A stretch of DNA of 64,000 nt. It comes from Mobula birostris (lineage: Eukaryota). Positions 62,658-64,000 of the stretch are shown here, one piece after another; position 1 is the stretch's first letter, and each line of letters starts with the position of its first letter. Location: assembly GCF_030028105.1 (NCBI RefSeq), contig NC_092384.1, positions 46,817,553 through 46,881,552 of the forward strand, in the 5' to 3' direction. Below the pieces are notes generated by a model, which did no database searches, was not told the DNA's origin, and worked only from the letters and a program-made list of their open reading frames with translations. The position numbers and the translations under genes are program-made.

Positions 62658-64000
62658 TACCATAGAAACCATAGAAACTACAGCACAGAAACAGGCCCTT
62701 TGGCCCTTCTTGGCTGTGCCGAACCATTTTCAGCCTAGTCCCACTGATCTGCACATGGACCATATCCCTCCATACACCTCCCATCCATGTATCTGTCCAA
62801 TTTATTCTTAAATGTTAAAAAAGAACCCGCATTTACCACCTCGTCTGGCAGCTCATTCCATACTCCCACCACTCTGTGTGAAGAAGCCCCCCCCTAATAT
62901 TCCCTTTAAACATTTCCCCCCTCACCCTTAACCCATGTCCTCTGGGTTTTTTTTTCTCCCCTTGCCTCAGTGGAAAAAGCCTGCTTGCATTCACTCTATC
63001 TATACCCATCATAATTTTATATACCTCTATCAAATCTCCCCTCATTCTTCTACACTCCAGGGAATAAAGTCCTAACCTATTCAACCTTTCTCTGTAACTA
63101 AGTTTCTCAAGTCCCGGCAACATCCTTGTAAACCTTCTCTGCACTCTTTCAACCTTATTTATATCCTTCCTTTAATTTGGTGACCAAAACTGAACACAAT
63201 ACTCCAGATTCGGCCTCACCAATGCCTTATACAACCTCATCATAACATTCCAGCTCTTATACTCAATACTTCGATTAATAAAGGCCAATGTACCAAAAGC
63301 TCTCTTTACGACCCTATCTACCTGTGACGACACTTTTAGGGAATTTTGTATCTGTATTCCCAGATCCCTCTGTTCCACTGCACTCCTCAGTGCCTTACCA
63401 TTAACCCTGTATGTTCTACGTTGGTTTGTCCTTCCAACGTGCAACACCTCACACTTGTCAGTATTAAACTCCATCTGCCATTTTTCAGCCCATTTTTCCA
63501 GATGGTCCAAGTCCCTCTGCAGGCTCTGAAAACCTTCCTCACTGTCTACTACACCTCCAATCTTTGTATCATCAGCAAACTTGCTGATCCAATTTACCAC
63601 ATTATCATCCAGATCATTGATATAGATGACAAATAACAATGGACCCAGCACTGATCCCTGTGGCACACTACTAGTCACAGGCCTCCACTCAGAGAAGCAA
63701 TTCTCTACCACCACTCTCTGGCTTCTTCCATCGAGCCAATGTCTAATCTAATTTACCACCTCTCCATGTATACCTAGCAACTGAATTTTCCTAACTAACC
63801 TCCCATGCGGGACCTTGTCAAAGGCCTTACTGAAGTCCATGTAGACAATATCCACTGCCTTCCCTTCATCCACTTTCCTGGTAACCTCCTCGAAAAACTC
63901 CAACAGATTGGTCAAACATGACCTACCACGCACAAAGCCATGTTGACTCTCCCTAATAAGCCCCTGTCTATCCAAATGCTTGTAGATTCTGTCTCTTAGT
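62658..64000 (-). mobile_element. CR1 LINE 3' portion, runs off the window
   Basis: ORFs 62833-63975 with DFSKAFDKV, PQGSVLGP and KFADDTK; tail (tttctatgg)n. Confidence 0.92.

Noticed and set aside
1-64000. CRISPR arrays, operons or other prokaryotic systems
   Set aside because: The sequence is a vertebrate intron-rich locus; no regularly spaced repeat-spacer pattern is present.

Overview
This is a eukaryotic, repeat-dense vertebrate window. The repeat repertoire (CR1, V-SINE, Rex/Babar, Penelope-type ends) suggests a cartilaginous fish, probably a ray (inference). It lies inside one large minus-strand gene: seven phase-compatible GT-AG exons (57920-57993 down to 9523-9614) splice into a continuous reading frame of a ZCCHC14-like protein, including the Smaug-type SAM domain. 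The introns are filled with transposable elements: an L1, many CR1s, RTE, Rex/Babar, L2, Tc1, two hAT/Charlie elements, MITEs and SINEs. There is also a non-autonomous Gypsy element with both LTRs and a decayed class I endogenous retrovirus (pol, env, 3' LTR). Most notable: (1) the Gypsy element carries an intronless, condensed fragment of sarcomeric myosin heavy-chain rod; (2) the ERV has a gamma-type env; (3) Penelope-type ends carry minimal hammerhead ribozymes, with a recurrent 5'-inverted insertion structure; (4) a cluster of interleaved local inverted duplications lies at 33.0-35.5 kb. Most ORFs in the supplied track are TE fragments or spurious. All homologies were recognised by eye or from memory; no searches were run.
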